DNA of 64,000 nt from an uncultured virus (IMG/VR IMGVR_UViG_3300032241_000856) (lineage: Duplodnaviria > Heunggongvirae > Uroviricota > Caudoviricetes). The stretch lies in the IMG/VR virus record IMGVR_UViG_3300032241_000856; one strand, given 5' to 3'. How positions within the stretch are numbered: the first letter of the stretch is position 1; each line of letters begins with the position of its first letter. A program made the translations under genes and the position numbers. The notes under the pieces are model-generated. The model was not told the DNA's origin and ran no database searches. It was given only the letters and a program-made list of their open reading frames with translations. Shown piece after piece: positions 15,974 to 25,973 of this stretch.

Positions 15974-16551
15974 TATTTAAATCCAATAAACTGTGACATG
16001 CAGAATCTTCCATATCCCTTTTCTTCTATTATAACATCTGTGGCTTGATGCAAATAGCAACTTGGCATAATTACTACCATATTGTTTTTTGGAGTAATAG
16101 TTATATTAAAATCAACTAATTTAAAGTCTCCTCCGGTAAATTTCTTTGGTTCTTTAAAGAAATATGTTAGGACTGTAAACACCGCTAGATCCACATGAGG
16201 TTTATAATAATGACCTGTTTCGTAATATGAAATCATAGTGTTGTCATAGTTACAACTTTGTAAATATCGAAAAATCGGATTATGATCTACCAACTCATCA
16301 GTGAGATGTTTGTCAAAAATTTTACGATTAATTTGTAAAATCTTAGATTTTTCTCTTTCACCGTAGTGTGCATCTAACCAAAGAGCTTTATTATTTTTTA
16401 TAAGATTTTTATTAACATCAACGGCTGATCCTGTTGCACTGGGATCTAATAGCATGTCATTGTCTAAAAGAATATTTAATTCACTCCAAATAGCCGACAA
16501 CTCTTCAGGAGAATAAAAATCTTCTATTATTGCGTAGACTGGCTCGGCCAT
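15973..16551 (-). CDS. 2OG-Fe(II) oxygenase
   Basis: YKPHVD, FTGGDF, LHQA, GRF. Confidence 0.85.
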   Translation of the reverse strand: MAEPVYAIIEDFYSPEELSAIWSELNILLDNDMLLDPSATGSAVDVNKNLIKNNKALWLDAHYGEREKSKILQINRKIFDKHLTDELVDHNPIFRYLQSCNYDNTMISYYETGHYYKPHVDLAVFTVLTYFFKEPKKFTGGDFKLVDFNITITPKNNMVVIMPSCYLHQATDVIIEEKGYGRFCMSQFIGFK

Positions 16552-16712
16552 ATCTTTTTCCAGTCATTTTTTCCAGGAATATCATACCCTACGTATTCTT
16601 CCCCAGTTTCCATATCGATCAACTTCCATTTAGACGGACATTTAGTGTAGACTTTAAGAGTTACAGGGTTCTCAAGTTCTTTAACTTCTTGCCCATTAAT
16701 TAATTTTCTCAT
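16527..16712 (-). CDS. Small hypothetical protein
   Basis: TKCPSKWKLIDMETGEEYVG; overlaps neighbours. Confidence 0.7.
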   Translation of the reverse strand: MRKLINGQEVKELENPVTLKVYTKCPSKWKLIDMETGEEYVGYDIPGKNDWKKIWPSQSTQ

Positions 16713-17383
16713 ATATTAGATTCCCTAGCGATCTGTTTTACAAACTCAACGTCATCAGAGCTTTTTTTAAATTTATTCATCCAGAAAGGTATATCCATAA
16801 TACTGCTTACTGCTGACAATTGATCATCATTGAATTTTTTTATCATATCACGACCGCTTTTACAATTTAGCACAATCCACGGACTAATTTTAGCATCTTT
16901 AATATCAAATGTTGCACGACTTAGGCTAGCATATAGAAAATAATGATTCCATTGAGCATTATTATTTTCTCCCCACTCCATCATCGTTTGGATTGATCTT
17001 TGGAGTGCTGTTTCTGGACTTTCTCGCTTGGCAAGGTCGACGACATATTGGTCGTAGAGTTCGTCTCTGCACCAGTGGTCAAGTTTAACATTGCTGGAAA
17101 CGACATAGTCAATAAATCTTTCTGGATAGAGAGGATTAACATTACTAACAAAACTGCCAAACTTAACAAAGGCATTATAATAAGGACTTTTACTAAAATC
17201 TTCATAAGTTTTATCCTGCTTAGTATTAGGCTGGGTTATTTTATAAAATCGCTGAAAAGCATCAAATCCTAATACTACATGTTTTTCAGTCTTTGCTAGT
17301 GCTCTGCGCTTTTGCTCACACACGTGAACAAATAGAGTTTTTTCCTTCATAAACTCTTTATCGCAATAATCACATTTAAACAT
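16709..17383 (-). CDS. Hypothetical protein with N-terminal zinc finger
   Basis: FKCDYCDKEF...HVCEQKRR. Confidence 0.75.
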   Translation of the reverse strand: MFKCDYCDKEFMKEKTLFVHVCEQKRRALAKTEKHVVLGFDAFQRFYKITQPNTKQDKTYEDFSKSPYYNAFVKFGSFVSNVNPLYPERFIDYVVSSNVKLDHWCRDELYDQYVVDLAKRESPETALQRSIQTMMEWGENNNAQWNHYFLYASLSRATFDIKDAKISPWIVLNCKSGRDMIKKFNDDQLSAVSSIMDIPFWMNKFKKSSDDVEFVKQIARESNI

Positions 17384-17915
17384 TTGTTAAATCGCCAACC
17401 GTATTAAAATTAAAATTAATTACAATTCTTCTTTGATGTTTTGTCGGGGAGCTACTAGCATGCTGTATTCTTCCATCAAATATAACAGCCCTACCTTGTT
17501 TAGGTTCAACTGTCTTCATTAATTGACCGTGAAAATCATAAAAATGTGTAGGACCATCTGAATCAATAACGTAGTATAACATTGCAAGATGTTCATTTAT
17601 GTAATCAACATGGGGATTGTGAACTCTAGGATTATCTCGTTTTGTAAAAAGTCCTGCACGGATTCTTTCTACACTGTTTACTGGAATATTTAATTTATCT
17701 GCAACAATCATCAAAGTAGCCAAACAAAAATCATTGTGCGGACTTAGAGGTTCATTAACTCTAATAACGTGAGCCCAACCTTCTGTTTGATCTTCTGTCT
17801 GGACCCCTGAAATTTCATCAATGATAAACCATGGTAATCCAGAATCCGTAAATATCTTCTTTAAATATTTCTGCATATCCATAGGGATAGCGTTATCAAC
17901 AACTTCTATCATCAT
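17376..17915 (-). CDS. 2OG-Fe(II) oxygenase-like protein
   Basis: PHVD, LYYVIDSDGPT, FDG-IQHAS, RIVINFN. Confidence 0.8.
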   Translation of the reverse strand: MMIEVVDNAIPMDMQKYLKKIFTDSGLPWFIIDEISGVQTEDQTEGWAHVIRVNEPLSPHNDFCLATLMIVADKLNIPVNSVERIRAGLFTKRDNPRVHNPHVDYINEHLAMLYYVIDSDGPTHFYDFHGQLMKTVEPKQGRAVIFDGRIQHASSSPTKHQRRIVINFNFNTVGDLTNV

Positions 17916-18388
17916 TTTAATTTTTTAGCTATAGTTTCTTCATCTAATCCGTGCGCTCTAGCAAATTCTTTAATAGTTTTGTCACTATTGATAGTTGCTA
18001 GCAATTCAATTTCGTCTAATTTTTTATTAGGAAATAACTCTTCTAAGAATTTATATTTTTTACCCGAACCTGCCGATTTTCTTTTAAAACCAATCCATTC
18101 ATGATAAAAAACTTTGTTTCCATTCCAACTGCACATGCACAGCAGGATCCAAAGTAGTTTAGGATGTTTTTGCAAATCAGCCCAGTTTTTATTAAAATAT
18201 TCATTAACAGTTAAGACAAAATGTTCTTGTTCTTCGCGAGAGCCTTTTGCACTACTCATATATCTGTTAATGATAAAATATTCATTCTTAAGTGCCTTTT
18301 GCTGATCTGCGTCCATGGCATCCCAGAACTCTCGAACATTTTGATCGATAGCAGATAATTTTTCTTTTAATTCAATCTTATCACTCAT
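17912..18388 (-). CDS. Putative clamp loader small subunit (T4 gp62-like)
   Basis: FIINRYMS, VNEY-N, HPKL-W; start reassigned to ATG 18388 overlapping the upstream stop. Confidence 0.5.
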   Translation of the reverse strand: MSDKIELKEKLSAIDQNVREFWDAMDADQQKALKNEYFIINRYMSSAKGSREEQEHFVLTVNEYFNKNWADLQKHPKLLWILLCMCSWNGNKVFYHEWIGFKRKSAGSGKKYKFLEELFPNKKLDEIELLATINSDKTIKEFARAHGLDEETIAKKLK

Positions 18389-19007
18389 CAATTGGCACCA
18401 ATCTTGCATCAAATGCCATAACAGTTCTAGTTCCGGATCCAGTCCATGGATAAACTGTGTGCGCAATATAACTTGGAAACATTACCATATTACCTGCAAC
18501 TGGCGGAATTTTACAGTAATCGTTCATAATAAATTTACTAATGTCTTTTGTCATTGGCATCTTAAGAAGCAGTTGACTATCACTAGGTTGATGATTTTCA
18601 TTTAGTTCTGGAGCAGTGATATAAATGTTACCGCTTAGATTCCCCCCTGGATGGCTATGCATTTCCTGATAATCTCCGGCTTTTTGTTGGATAGTCCATA
18701 CACTTGTAATAACAGGTTTACAAAGTTTTAGCTCTTCAACACCAGATTGTTCCATTACTAAATTCATATAACCTTGGCAAACAGTCTCTAACCATTTAAT
18801 TAGCCAATCAACATCTAAATTAATCTCATTGGGATAGACCTGTATTTGTTGTCCTCCTCTAATACTTAGAAAAGGATTATCAGCATCATTTAATTGCGGA
18901 TGTTGATGTAGCATTTCTGCTAATGCATATATTTTACTGAATTCAACTGGAGGAACTGTATCCATCGCAATAATTACAGGTTGAAAATAAGCTACCTTCA
19001 AAGTCAT
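18381..19007 (-). CDS. Putative 2OG-Fe(II) oxygenase
   Basis: HSH-LSGNIY, FPSYIAHTVYP, RTVMAFD. Confidence 0.8.
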   Translation of the reverse strand: MTLKVAYFQPVIIAMDTVPPVEFSKIYALAEMLHQHPQLNDADNPFLSIRGGQQIQVYPNEINLDVDWLIKWLETVCQGYMNLVMEQSGVEELKLCKPVITSVWTIQQKAGDYQEMHSHPGGNLSGNIYITAPELNENHQPSDSQLLLKMPMTKDISKFIMNDYCKIPPVAGNMVMFPSYIAHTVYPWTGSGTRTVMAFDARLVPIDE

Positions 19008-19330
19008 TGTATTTTGTCCTTACTTAATTTGTATATCATTATAGCACGATCTAAGGCCTTTTGTAAAGTCACATTGGTCTTTGCTTCCCGCCGAATTTCT
19101 CCCCACATTTGGACTTCTTTTAAATGTTCGTGTAATGGTGTTCCATCGAGAGTTCGATTATCAAAACGATGAGACTCATCAGATTCATAATCTATTTTAT
19201 GTCCACTGATTGGATCGTAATCGTAACCAATTAATTTTCTCGTAGACGGATCTGCACCAAATTCTCTGGCATATACCTGTCTACCATCTCTTTCATAAAC
19301 GTAAGTTGCTCCAGGTTTAAGTTTACCCAT
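19004..19330 (-). CDS. Hypothetical phage protein
   Basis: YVYER-G-VYARE-G motif; coupled to neighbours. Confidence 0.75.
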   Translation of the reverse strand: MGKLKPGATYVYERDGRQVYAREFGADPSTRKLIGYDYDPISGHKIDYESDESHRFDNRTLDGTPLHEHLKEVQMWGEIRREAKTNVTLQKALDRAIMIYKLSKDKIQ

Positions 19331-19992
19331 TATATTAACCTTATTGCTTTTCTAATAGTAAGATGTTTATCTAAACTATTTTCTTTATAAAAGTCTACAG
19401 CATCTCTAGTGAACAAATCAAATGCTAATGTTAGCCTTAAGTCTTCTTTTACAGGATCAACATAATGAAAAACCCAAGATGGAAAAATATTCAAACTGCC
19501 CACAAAATTCTTAATTTTAAATACTGTATGGTCTTTGTGCAGATCTATTCTAGGAGACACAAAGTTGGTTGAATTATCACATGGAGTTAAATTAATAGAT
19601 CCGGACAAATATGATTTGTCATCTAAAGAATGATTATGTATCCCTAGATCTACACCTTTTGTTAAAATTGTAACCCACCCATGAATCCATAATTCTTCCT
19701 GCGCTTCTACTTTATATTCTTGCAAAAATTCATAGTAGGATCGAATAATTTGCTGTTTTATTTCATTAATAACGGGCAAATCAAACTCAAATACATTATA
19801 GGTGCGCCAGTGTGATAATTTAGTTTCATCGTAGTCTGATGCATGTAAATTCTTATCAATGATATCAGTTTTTACTTTATTAATTAATTCATCAAAATTA
19901 GGTATGTTAGCATTATCTTGCCATATAGGGATGTTGCAGGTAATACCAAAATCACCTGCAACATTATAATTCCAGACAGTAAGTTTGTTCAT
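19330..19992 (-). CDS. Putative 2OG-Fe(II) oxygenase
   Basis: HNH-YLSG, FPSWVFHYV, RLTLAFD. Confidence 0.8.
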   Translation of the reverse strand: MNKLTVWNYNVAGDFGITCNIPIWQDNANIPNFDELINKVKTDIIDKNLHASDYDETKLSHWRTYNVFEFDLPVINEIKQQIIRSYYEFLQEYKVEAQEELWIHGWVTILTKGVDLGIHNHSLDDKSYLSGSINLTPCDNSTNFVSPRIDLHKDHTVFKIKNFVGSLNIFPSWVFHYVDPVKEDLRLTLAFDLFTRDAVDFYKENSLDKHLTIRKAIRLI

Positions 19993-20498
19993 TAAAGTAT
20001 TTTATCTAACTGTATAATTTCGCTTTGACGGCTAATTTCTTTAACAAAATATGCGCAATTAGGTTTATCTCCAAAACTAGTAGGCACTGCTAATAGCTGA
20101 CCATTTTTCATTTTAGGAAAATACCATTTAACATCGTTGTAAAAATTTACAATTTCAATTTTCTTAAACTCTACCCTAAACGAACTTAATGGATTAAACA
20201 CTAGTGCTTCAAACCCTCGATCATTTAAACTAGTTAAAGGTAAAATTTCAATATCACTTGCACTACTACTATCTCCAACAGCAATACACCAATCGATCGG
20301 CATGACTACTTCTTCTCCACCGATTCTTAATACCATTGCAGGTGCATTAAAACTTTCTAAAAAGATCAATGGCATGAAAAAGAAATCTGGCTCTTTAGGA
20401 TCACTATTGTCTAATACGGCAAACCTAGTGCTATCATCTACCTCATCTGGTAAATTATTCAAACTAAAAGTTTGATTGTTTAATGTTAATATCTGCAT
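19992..20498 (-). CDS. Conserved hypothetical protein adjacent to UvsW
   Basis: MQILTLNN...PLIFLESFNAPA...WYFPK; start reassigned to ATG 20498. Confidence 0.75.
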   Translation of the reverse strand: MQILTLNNQTFSLNNLPDEVDDSTRFAVLDNSDPKEPDFFFMPLIFLESFNAPAMVLRIGGEEVVMPIDWCIAVGDSSSASDIEILPLTSLNDRGFEALVFNPLSSFRVEFKKIEIVNFYNDVKWYFPKMKNGQLLAVPTSFGDKPNCAYFVKEISRQSEIIQLDKIL

Positions 20499-20505
20499 GA
20501 GTCCT

Positions 20506-21975
20506 TTATTTTTGCCAATCCGTTTTTTCAATATTAAACGGATATTTGGCTTCCTTATAAAATTTCTTTCGTTCTGTAAGATGGCGTTTTGCCCACTTAC
20601 AAGTGCTAGTTAAATCCCAAATTTGAACAAAGTCTTTATCTTCTGCTTTACGAATACCTCTACCTATACTCTGTATTACTCTTACAAAAGATTTACCAGG
20701 TTCAAGCAAAATGAGATTAAAAATACGAGGTATATTAATACCAACGGCAGCTACACCGTAGGTAGCAACAATAATTTTATTGTCACTAGTTTTAATTTCG
20801 TCGTATTCGTCTTTTCTATCCTTTGTTTTTACTTCACCGGATATAAAGACAGCGTCTTCTATTTCTTCTACTAAAAATTTGCCTGAATCAATTCTATTAA
20901 CTAGAACTAGTGTGTTGCCTGAATCTGCAATGCCTTTAATTAATTTACTAATATATTTCATCCTGTTTTTATCTGTAACAAGATATTTTAATTCTTCTTG
21001 ATATGTCTTAAATTCCGGTAAATCTATCATTTGCACTACGTTGACATGACAGTTTGATAGAACTCCTTTTTCTTGTAATTCGTGGGCTTTGATGCCGCCT
21101 ACTACTGGTCCGATGCTGGCAAAAATAGGCTCGGCTTCAAACTCTCCTTTAGGAACAGTTCCAGTTAATCCCCAACGTATAGGGGCATTACATAAGTTCT
21201 GTGTAAGTAGATTTTTAAGAACTTCTGCTTTAGCCATATGAACTTCATCTACAATAACGGTCTTAACACCATCAAGGAATTCTGCTAGTGTAACAGCTAC
21301 TTCGGCATCCCAGTTCTTACTTTTCTTATCTAAGATGTTTAATGACTGCCATGTGCAGATAGTATGTGTTTTATTAAGATCTTTACGATCACCATAATAA
21401 ACACCTACATCTAACCCAACACTGATAAAATCTTCTTCTGTTTGTTCTACTAGACTTTTGTTAGGAACAATAGTAATTGTTCGTCCGTATTTTTCTGCAA
21501 GTTGACTTAGTGTTGCAGTTGTAATTGTTTTGCCAGCACCAGTTGCGATTTCTTGCAATGCCTGTGTGTTGGTTAAAAATGTATTAATTGCGTCAACTTG
21601 ATAGTCACGCAACATAATAGGCTTACCTTCTTGCTGATGCCCTTTGGGCCATACTTTACCCTGATCGGCCCAATATGTTTCTGTTACCGGAGTAAATTCA
21701 ATCTTACGAGTAGTTCTTAAATCTTCTAATTCGTCAATATCTATATCCATGTTAGTTAATATCTTAAGACACTTTTCTAACTGGCTTAGGTAGCCGTTGC
21801 CGCCGAGGCCGAACATAGTGACACTACCATCCCAACGACCTAATTTATATGCTGGACGGTATCGTGCAGTTGGATCTACATACTTAAATGAGTTGGCTAA
21901 TTTCTTTCGTGCGTCTAATGACAGTCCTTCAAACTTAATATTAACTTCGTCGCGAATTATTAGTTTTACTGTCAT
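20506..21975 (-). CDS. uvsW: SF2 DNA helicase UvsW
   Basis: LRDYQ, ATGAGKT, DEVH, GLTGT, QSIGRGIR. Confidence 0.92.
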   Translation of the reverse strand: MTVKLIIRDEVNIKFEGLSLDARKKLANSFKYVDPTARYRPAYKLGRWDGSVTMFGLGGNGYLSQLEKCLKILTNMDIDIDELEDLRTTRKIEFTPVTETYWADQGKVWPKGHQQEGKPIMLRDYQVDAINTFLTNTQALQEIATGAGKTITTATLSQLAEKYGRTITIVPNKSLVEQTEEDFISVGLDVGVYYGDRKDLNKTHTICTWQSLNILDKKSKNWDAEVAVTLAEFLDGVKTVIVDEVHMAKAEVLKNLLTQNLCNAPIRWGLTGTVPKGEFEAEPIFASIGPVVGGIKAHELQEKGVLSNCHVNVVQMIDLPEFKTYQEELKYLVTDKNRMKYISKLIKGIADSGNTLVLVNRIDSGKFLVEEIEDAVFISGEVKTKDRKDEYDEIKTSDNKIIVATYGVAAVGINIPRIFNLILLEPGKSFVRVIQSIGRGIRKAEDKDFVQIWDLTSTCKWAKRHLTERKKFYKEAKYPFNIEKTDWQK

Positions 21976-23171
21976 AGTCCGACCCTTTTATTGATATTGA
22001 ATAATGCAGGTTCAGCATCCCATTCAATTATACAATCACAACAGTTAGAGTATACACTAATTTTGCCGTGACGTAAACCCATCTTAGTATTAATACCAAT
22101 AATGCTCATCGGTTTCCACGGTGTTTTTAGGAAAAATTTAGGAATCTTACCACCTTGTATTCCGACTATTTTTGTAGTTTCATCTAGTCGTGCATTATAT
22201 GATTTCTCAGCAATAAGCTGATTAAATTTCTTGCCAACCTCGCTATTAGGCAGTCTAAAATAAACTCCAACGTTTTCAAAAATTCTATTTTCTTCGAGAG
22301 AATCAGTTAATATTTTTAAATTTTTTAATGCGTTATCTTCTGATCCATTATCAAAAACAACCATTACCGGTAATCTTTTTAACTCTATTAGAGATGCAAT
22401 AACTTCGGTTAATGAATATTGAGCATTGTCTACAAATAATTTTGTTTTTTGTCTTTGTGCTATTTTTTCAGTTAACTTTTCACCCGGTTCTACAAGGTCT
22501 TTTGTAAAATACTGATAACGAACACTTCTATCTAATATAACGTTATTATCAATCAAAGTATCTATTCCTAAGTCAGCAGTAATCTGCTTTTCAAAATTAG
22601 GATGCGTAATTGATGTAATTAGAAATTGGTCTTTAATTTCAGTTTCTGACCACGATTGTATAGTTGAATAATAATTTTTTATAGTTTCATCAATTTCAAA
22701 ATTGAATGGAGTTAATGCATCAACTAGAGTAACGATATTACGTTCGGTTAGATCACATGTCCATGTTTTTGTAGTAACCCCTAGAGATAAATTTTCAACA
22801 GTCTTTGACAGACTTTGGATAAATTTTCGAAGATCTGAGTTAAATGTAAACTCAATTACAATTGCCGGTTCGCTATCGTTAATTTTTTTAATATATAATT
22901 TTTTTATCTGTTCTACTTGTCTAAACGGCTTAGACCAAATAGGCGACTCGACTAGTTCAAAAATTTCATCTTTAAAAATTGCAATTTTTTCAGCATTTTC
23001 ACGTAGAATTTTAATCAGTAGATTGCCTTGATTCTGAGTTAAAAAATTACCAACAGAAATTGAGTTAGCAAAACTTTTTAAAACTTGCGAATCTCGTTTG
23101 CCAATCAAAACTTCAACAGGAGGTGTTGAATAGTTTACAATTTGTAATAGTAACGAATCAAGTGTGTTCAT
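21972..23171 (-). CDS. Hypothetical protein upstream of UvsW
   Basis: 399-aa ORF; TTGACT-17-TATACT 7 nt before ATG. Confidence 0.75.
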   Translation of the reverse strand: MNTLDSLLLQIVNYSTPPVEVLIGKRDSQVLKSFANSISVGNFLTQNQGNLLIKILRENAEKIAIFKDEIFELVESPIWSKPFRQVEQIKKLYIKKINDSEPAIVIEFTFNSDLRKFIQSLSKTVENLSLGVTTKTWTCDLTERNIVTLVDALTPFNFEIDETIKNYYSTIQSWSETEIKDQFLITSITHPNFEKQITADLGIDTLIDNNVILDRSVRYQYFTKDLVEPGEKLTEKIAQRQKTKLFVDNAQYSLTEVIASLIELKRLPVMVVFDNGSEDNALKNLKILTDSLEENRIFENVGVYFRLPNSEVGKKFNQLIAEKSYNARLDETTKIVGIQGGKIPKFFLKTPWKPMSIIGINTKMGLRHGKISVYSNCCDCIIEWDAEPALFNINKRVGL

Positions 23172-23203
23172 ATAAGCAAGTATACACTAACTTTATTATA
23201 AAG

Positions 23204-24157
23204 TCAATGATTTCTAAATCCTAAGTTAAATTTTTCAAATATTGGATGACCAATTTCTTTTAAAGTTGCCTTATTCCAATAGTCTATATCAAATGCATTA
23301 GCTACATACGTTGGATCTAGTTCTATGTTTTTTATTAAAAAATTAGTAATTTGTTGTATCCTCATACCATTATTAACAATATACCACCTATGAAAGGAAA
23401 TACTTTTGTAAAAATCATTTGATAATATTTTAATGTCATCGTCCATTATTTTATTTGGCCATAAGAATCTAGTGTTGGCAAAATTATACCATCTGATGTT
23501 TTCAAACTCTCTAAATCGTGGTTGAAAATCACTAAAATAACGATATAAAATAAATTCACTTACTTGTTTTACACCTGTTATTTGATTATCAAAAATCTGA
23601 TTTAGATTTATTGTATTAACTAGTTTTTTAACAACATCTGTCTTACATCTAAATGGCGTAATAGGTGCCCAGAACCATTTTGGTGTTTTAAAACCTAAAA
23701 ATTGCTCTATCATTTCAGCAAACGGAAAATGATCCTGCATTTCAGGACCCATTACATCTTTTAAAGTTTTAGCAGAGTCTGGCGGATTATAAATTGTTCC
23801 ACTACCTTCTGCTTCGCCCCATCGATCTAATGCAGTAGGTCGTAATAAAAGATCTTTACTGTCTAAAATTAGATAATCTTCACTTTTTATAAATTGTGAT
23901 ACTGCTAATTTTAATATCTGTTGTCTAACATAGCCGGGCAAATGCTGTGCTACAAAATCAATATTACCATCAATAATTTTTAATGTGTGACGTTTGTAAA
24001 ATTTTGATAATTCAGCTTCCCAATATGCTATTGGAAACTGAGACTTTTCAACAATGATCCAATGTGTGCATTTACCGTCAAGAAATTTGTCTAAACTGTG
24101 AGATTGTAGTATTTGTTGATGGAAATCCCTATCACACGTAACTGTTACTAGTTCCAT
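23204..24157 (-). CDS. Putative glycosyltransferase/nucleotide-sugar transferase (DUF6492-like)
   Basis: LVTVTCDRD, GY-RQQILKL, YLILDSKD, SEF-LY. Confidence 0.6.
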   Translation of the reverse strand: MELVTVTCDRDFHQQILQSHSLDKFLDGKCTHWIIVEKSQFPIAYWEAELSKFYKRHTLKIIDGNIDFVAQHLPGYVRQQILKLAVSQFIKSEDYLILDSKDLLLRPTALDRWGEAEGSGTIYNPPDSAKTLKDVMGPEMQDHFPFAEMIEQFLGFKTPKWFWAPITPFRCKTDVVKKLVNTINLNQIFDNQITGVKQVSEFILYRYFSDFQPRFREFENIRWYNFANTRFLWPNKIMDDDIKILSNDFYKSISFHRWYIVNNGMRIQQITNFLIKNIELDPTYVANAFDIDYWNKATLKEIGHPIFEKFNLGFRNH

Positions 24158-24162
24158 AATAA

Positions 24163-24618
24163 TTATAGTGTCGCATCTTCCATTCCTGCAACTCTCAATT
24201 TAACTACATTGGTAATTTGCCATTGTTTTTGATCTAGAGCTTTTGTAATACCTAACCATTTGTTGCGTAACAAGGCAAATTCATTGATAATTTTTTCAAA
24301 GTCAACGACATCTGCCTCGCCTTCACAATAACGTTCACAATCTCTGCTACTTAGAGCACGTTGATAATTTTCTAAGTAACGTCGGAAGTGTTGACTTTTA
24401 AGTCGACGCAATTCAATATTAAGGTATTCTAAAATTGCCTCAATTTCCTGAAGCTGACTGAATCTATGTTCAACTATTCCAGGCATTGCTGCCGCGGCAC
24501 GTTCAACGTTGCCAGACAATTTAACTTCACGTCTGGCTTCGTCTAACTCGTTATTAAAAAATTCAGCCGCATCGGGAATATTACTAATATCTTTAGCAAC
24601 CTTAGAATACCAACTCAT
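24163..24618 (-). CDS. uvsY: Recombination mediator UvsY
   Basis: Helical 151 aa; LQEIEAILEYL, YQRALSSRD, KLRVAGMED; next to UvsX. Confidence 0.8.
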   Translation of the reverse strand: MSWYSKVAKDISNIPDAAEFFNNELDEARREVKLSGNVERAAAAMPGIVEHRFSQLQEIEAILEYLNIELRRLKSQHFRRYLENYQRALSSRDCERYCEGEADVVDFEKIINEFALLRNKWLGITKALDQKQWQITNVVKLRVAGMEDATL

Positions 24619-24857
24619 TAAAACTCCAATTCGCCGTAATCGTCGTCTTCATCTTCGACGTCGTCTTCATTCAAATAATACTCGATTGCTTGATCAAGTG
24701 TAGCATCAACGCCTGTTGCATTTTGCATTATACGATCAGTAACACCATGATCAGCTAGCAGATCTACATATCGTTCTGCAACTGATTCAATTTGTTTCTT
24801 ATCGATAAAATCGCTAAACAGCATCCAGATATCGCCTATTTGAGTTTCATTCAACAT
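24618..24857 (-). CDS. Small acidic hypothetical protein
   Basis: 79 aa with acidic tail, between uvsX and uvsY. Confidence 0.75.
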   Translation of the reverse strand: MLNETQIGDIWMLFSDFIDKKQIESVAERYVDLLADHGVTDRIMQNATGVDATLDQAIEYYLNEDDVEDEDDDYGELEF

Positions 24858-25908
24858 TTTCTTCGGTCTCCTCGGGAATGGTAGTTGTTGTTTTAGTCAT
24901 ACTGATATCAAATTTCTTCATTATCATATCTAATTTATCATCTTTCCATTCTTTTCGGTAGAATTTGAATTCCTCACCTGTTTCTGGATCAACCCACTTG
25001 AGCCTATTGCCTTCTTGTTTTAGCAAGCCTGCTTTTTCACATAAGTCAACTAGTCCACTATAAGGATTCATACCTGTTTCATATGGAATCTTTACTTGCA
25101 GTGTTTCAAAAGGTTTTGCGTAACGAGTTTTCATAATCTTACAAGCGGCACGAATACCATTTACTTCTGAAACTTTGTTACCATCTTCATCCTCTTTTAA
25201 CTTCAACTTCTTCATGGCAACCACGATAGAAGATGCGTAAACGAAGCCTTGTCCGCCGCTAATTTTATCATCAGGATCGAACATATCTTGCGAAGCGTAT
25301 GTGTGGTTAGTAGCCACCAAGCCGACATTGTAATTACCAAACATGTTAACACAATTACGAACCAACGCCGTAAGTGCTTTAGGTTTACGACCCATATCAC
25401 CTTTAAGGTCTCCTGCTTCAAATTGATTGATGTCTGTAGGGGTAAGCAACATACCCAAGCTGTCTATGACAAACAAGACTTTTGGACGTTGTTCCATAGC
25501 TTTGTATTCTGTCATGAATTCGTGGATTGTTTTTGCCACGTCATCGATCATAGCCATGTTCAACTTGAGAAGTTTTTCTTCACTTGTATCTACACCAAGT
25601 GCGTGTAACCATTTTTCATCAAGTGCGTTTTCACTATCAATTAAGATAACATAAATGCCTTGCTCTTGTGCGTTCTTAACAATATTGCCAGAACAAATGT
25701 ATGATTTGCCAGCACCAGATTCGCCAGCAAACACAGTAACCTTACCCAAAGGAATACCTTTGTTAAAATCACCTGAGATTAGGTAGTTAAGTGCAAAGTT
25801 ACCAGTGCTTACCCAATCAGTTGGGTCATTAAACCCAATGCCTAGACCGTCAATACTTTTGGTCAAGGTCTTTCTAAATTTTGATAAATCGAAGGCTTTT
25901 GTAGCCAT
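24847..25908 (-). CDS. uvsX: RecA-like recombinase UvsX
   Basis: GESGAGKS, IDSENA, IDSLG, NHTY, SGG. Confidence 0.93.
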   Translation of the reverse strand: MATKAFDLSKFRKTLTKSIDGLGIGFNDPTDWVSTGNFALNYLISGDFNKGIPLGKVTVFAGESGAGKSYICSGNIVKNAQEQGIYVILIDSENALDEKWLHALGVDTSEEKLLKLNMAMIDDVAKTIHEFMTEYKAMEQRPKVLFVIDSLGMLLTPTDINQFEAGDLKGDMGRKPKALTALVRNCVNMFGNYNVGLVATNHTYASQDMFDPDDKISGGQGFVYASSIVVAMKKLKLKEDEDGNKVSEVNGIRAACKIMKTRYAKPFETLQVKIPYETGMNPYSGLVDLCEKAGLLKQEGNRLKWVDPETGEEFKFYRKEWKDDKLDMIMKKFDISMTKTTTTIPEETEENVE

Positions 25909-25931
25909 ATATTAATTCTCCTAAAAAGATA

Positions 25932-25966
25932 ACCTGGGCGTATGACTAGGTCACAGAGGCCCAAGT
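25932..25966 (-). other. Intergenic stem-loop between SSB and UvsX
   Basis: Minus strand ACTTGGGC-CTCT-GTGAC-CTA-GTCAT-AC-GCCCAGGT then TATCTTTTT. Confidence 0.5.
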
Positions 25967-25973
25967 CGTGTGC

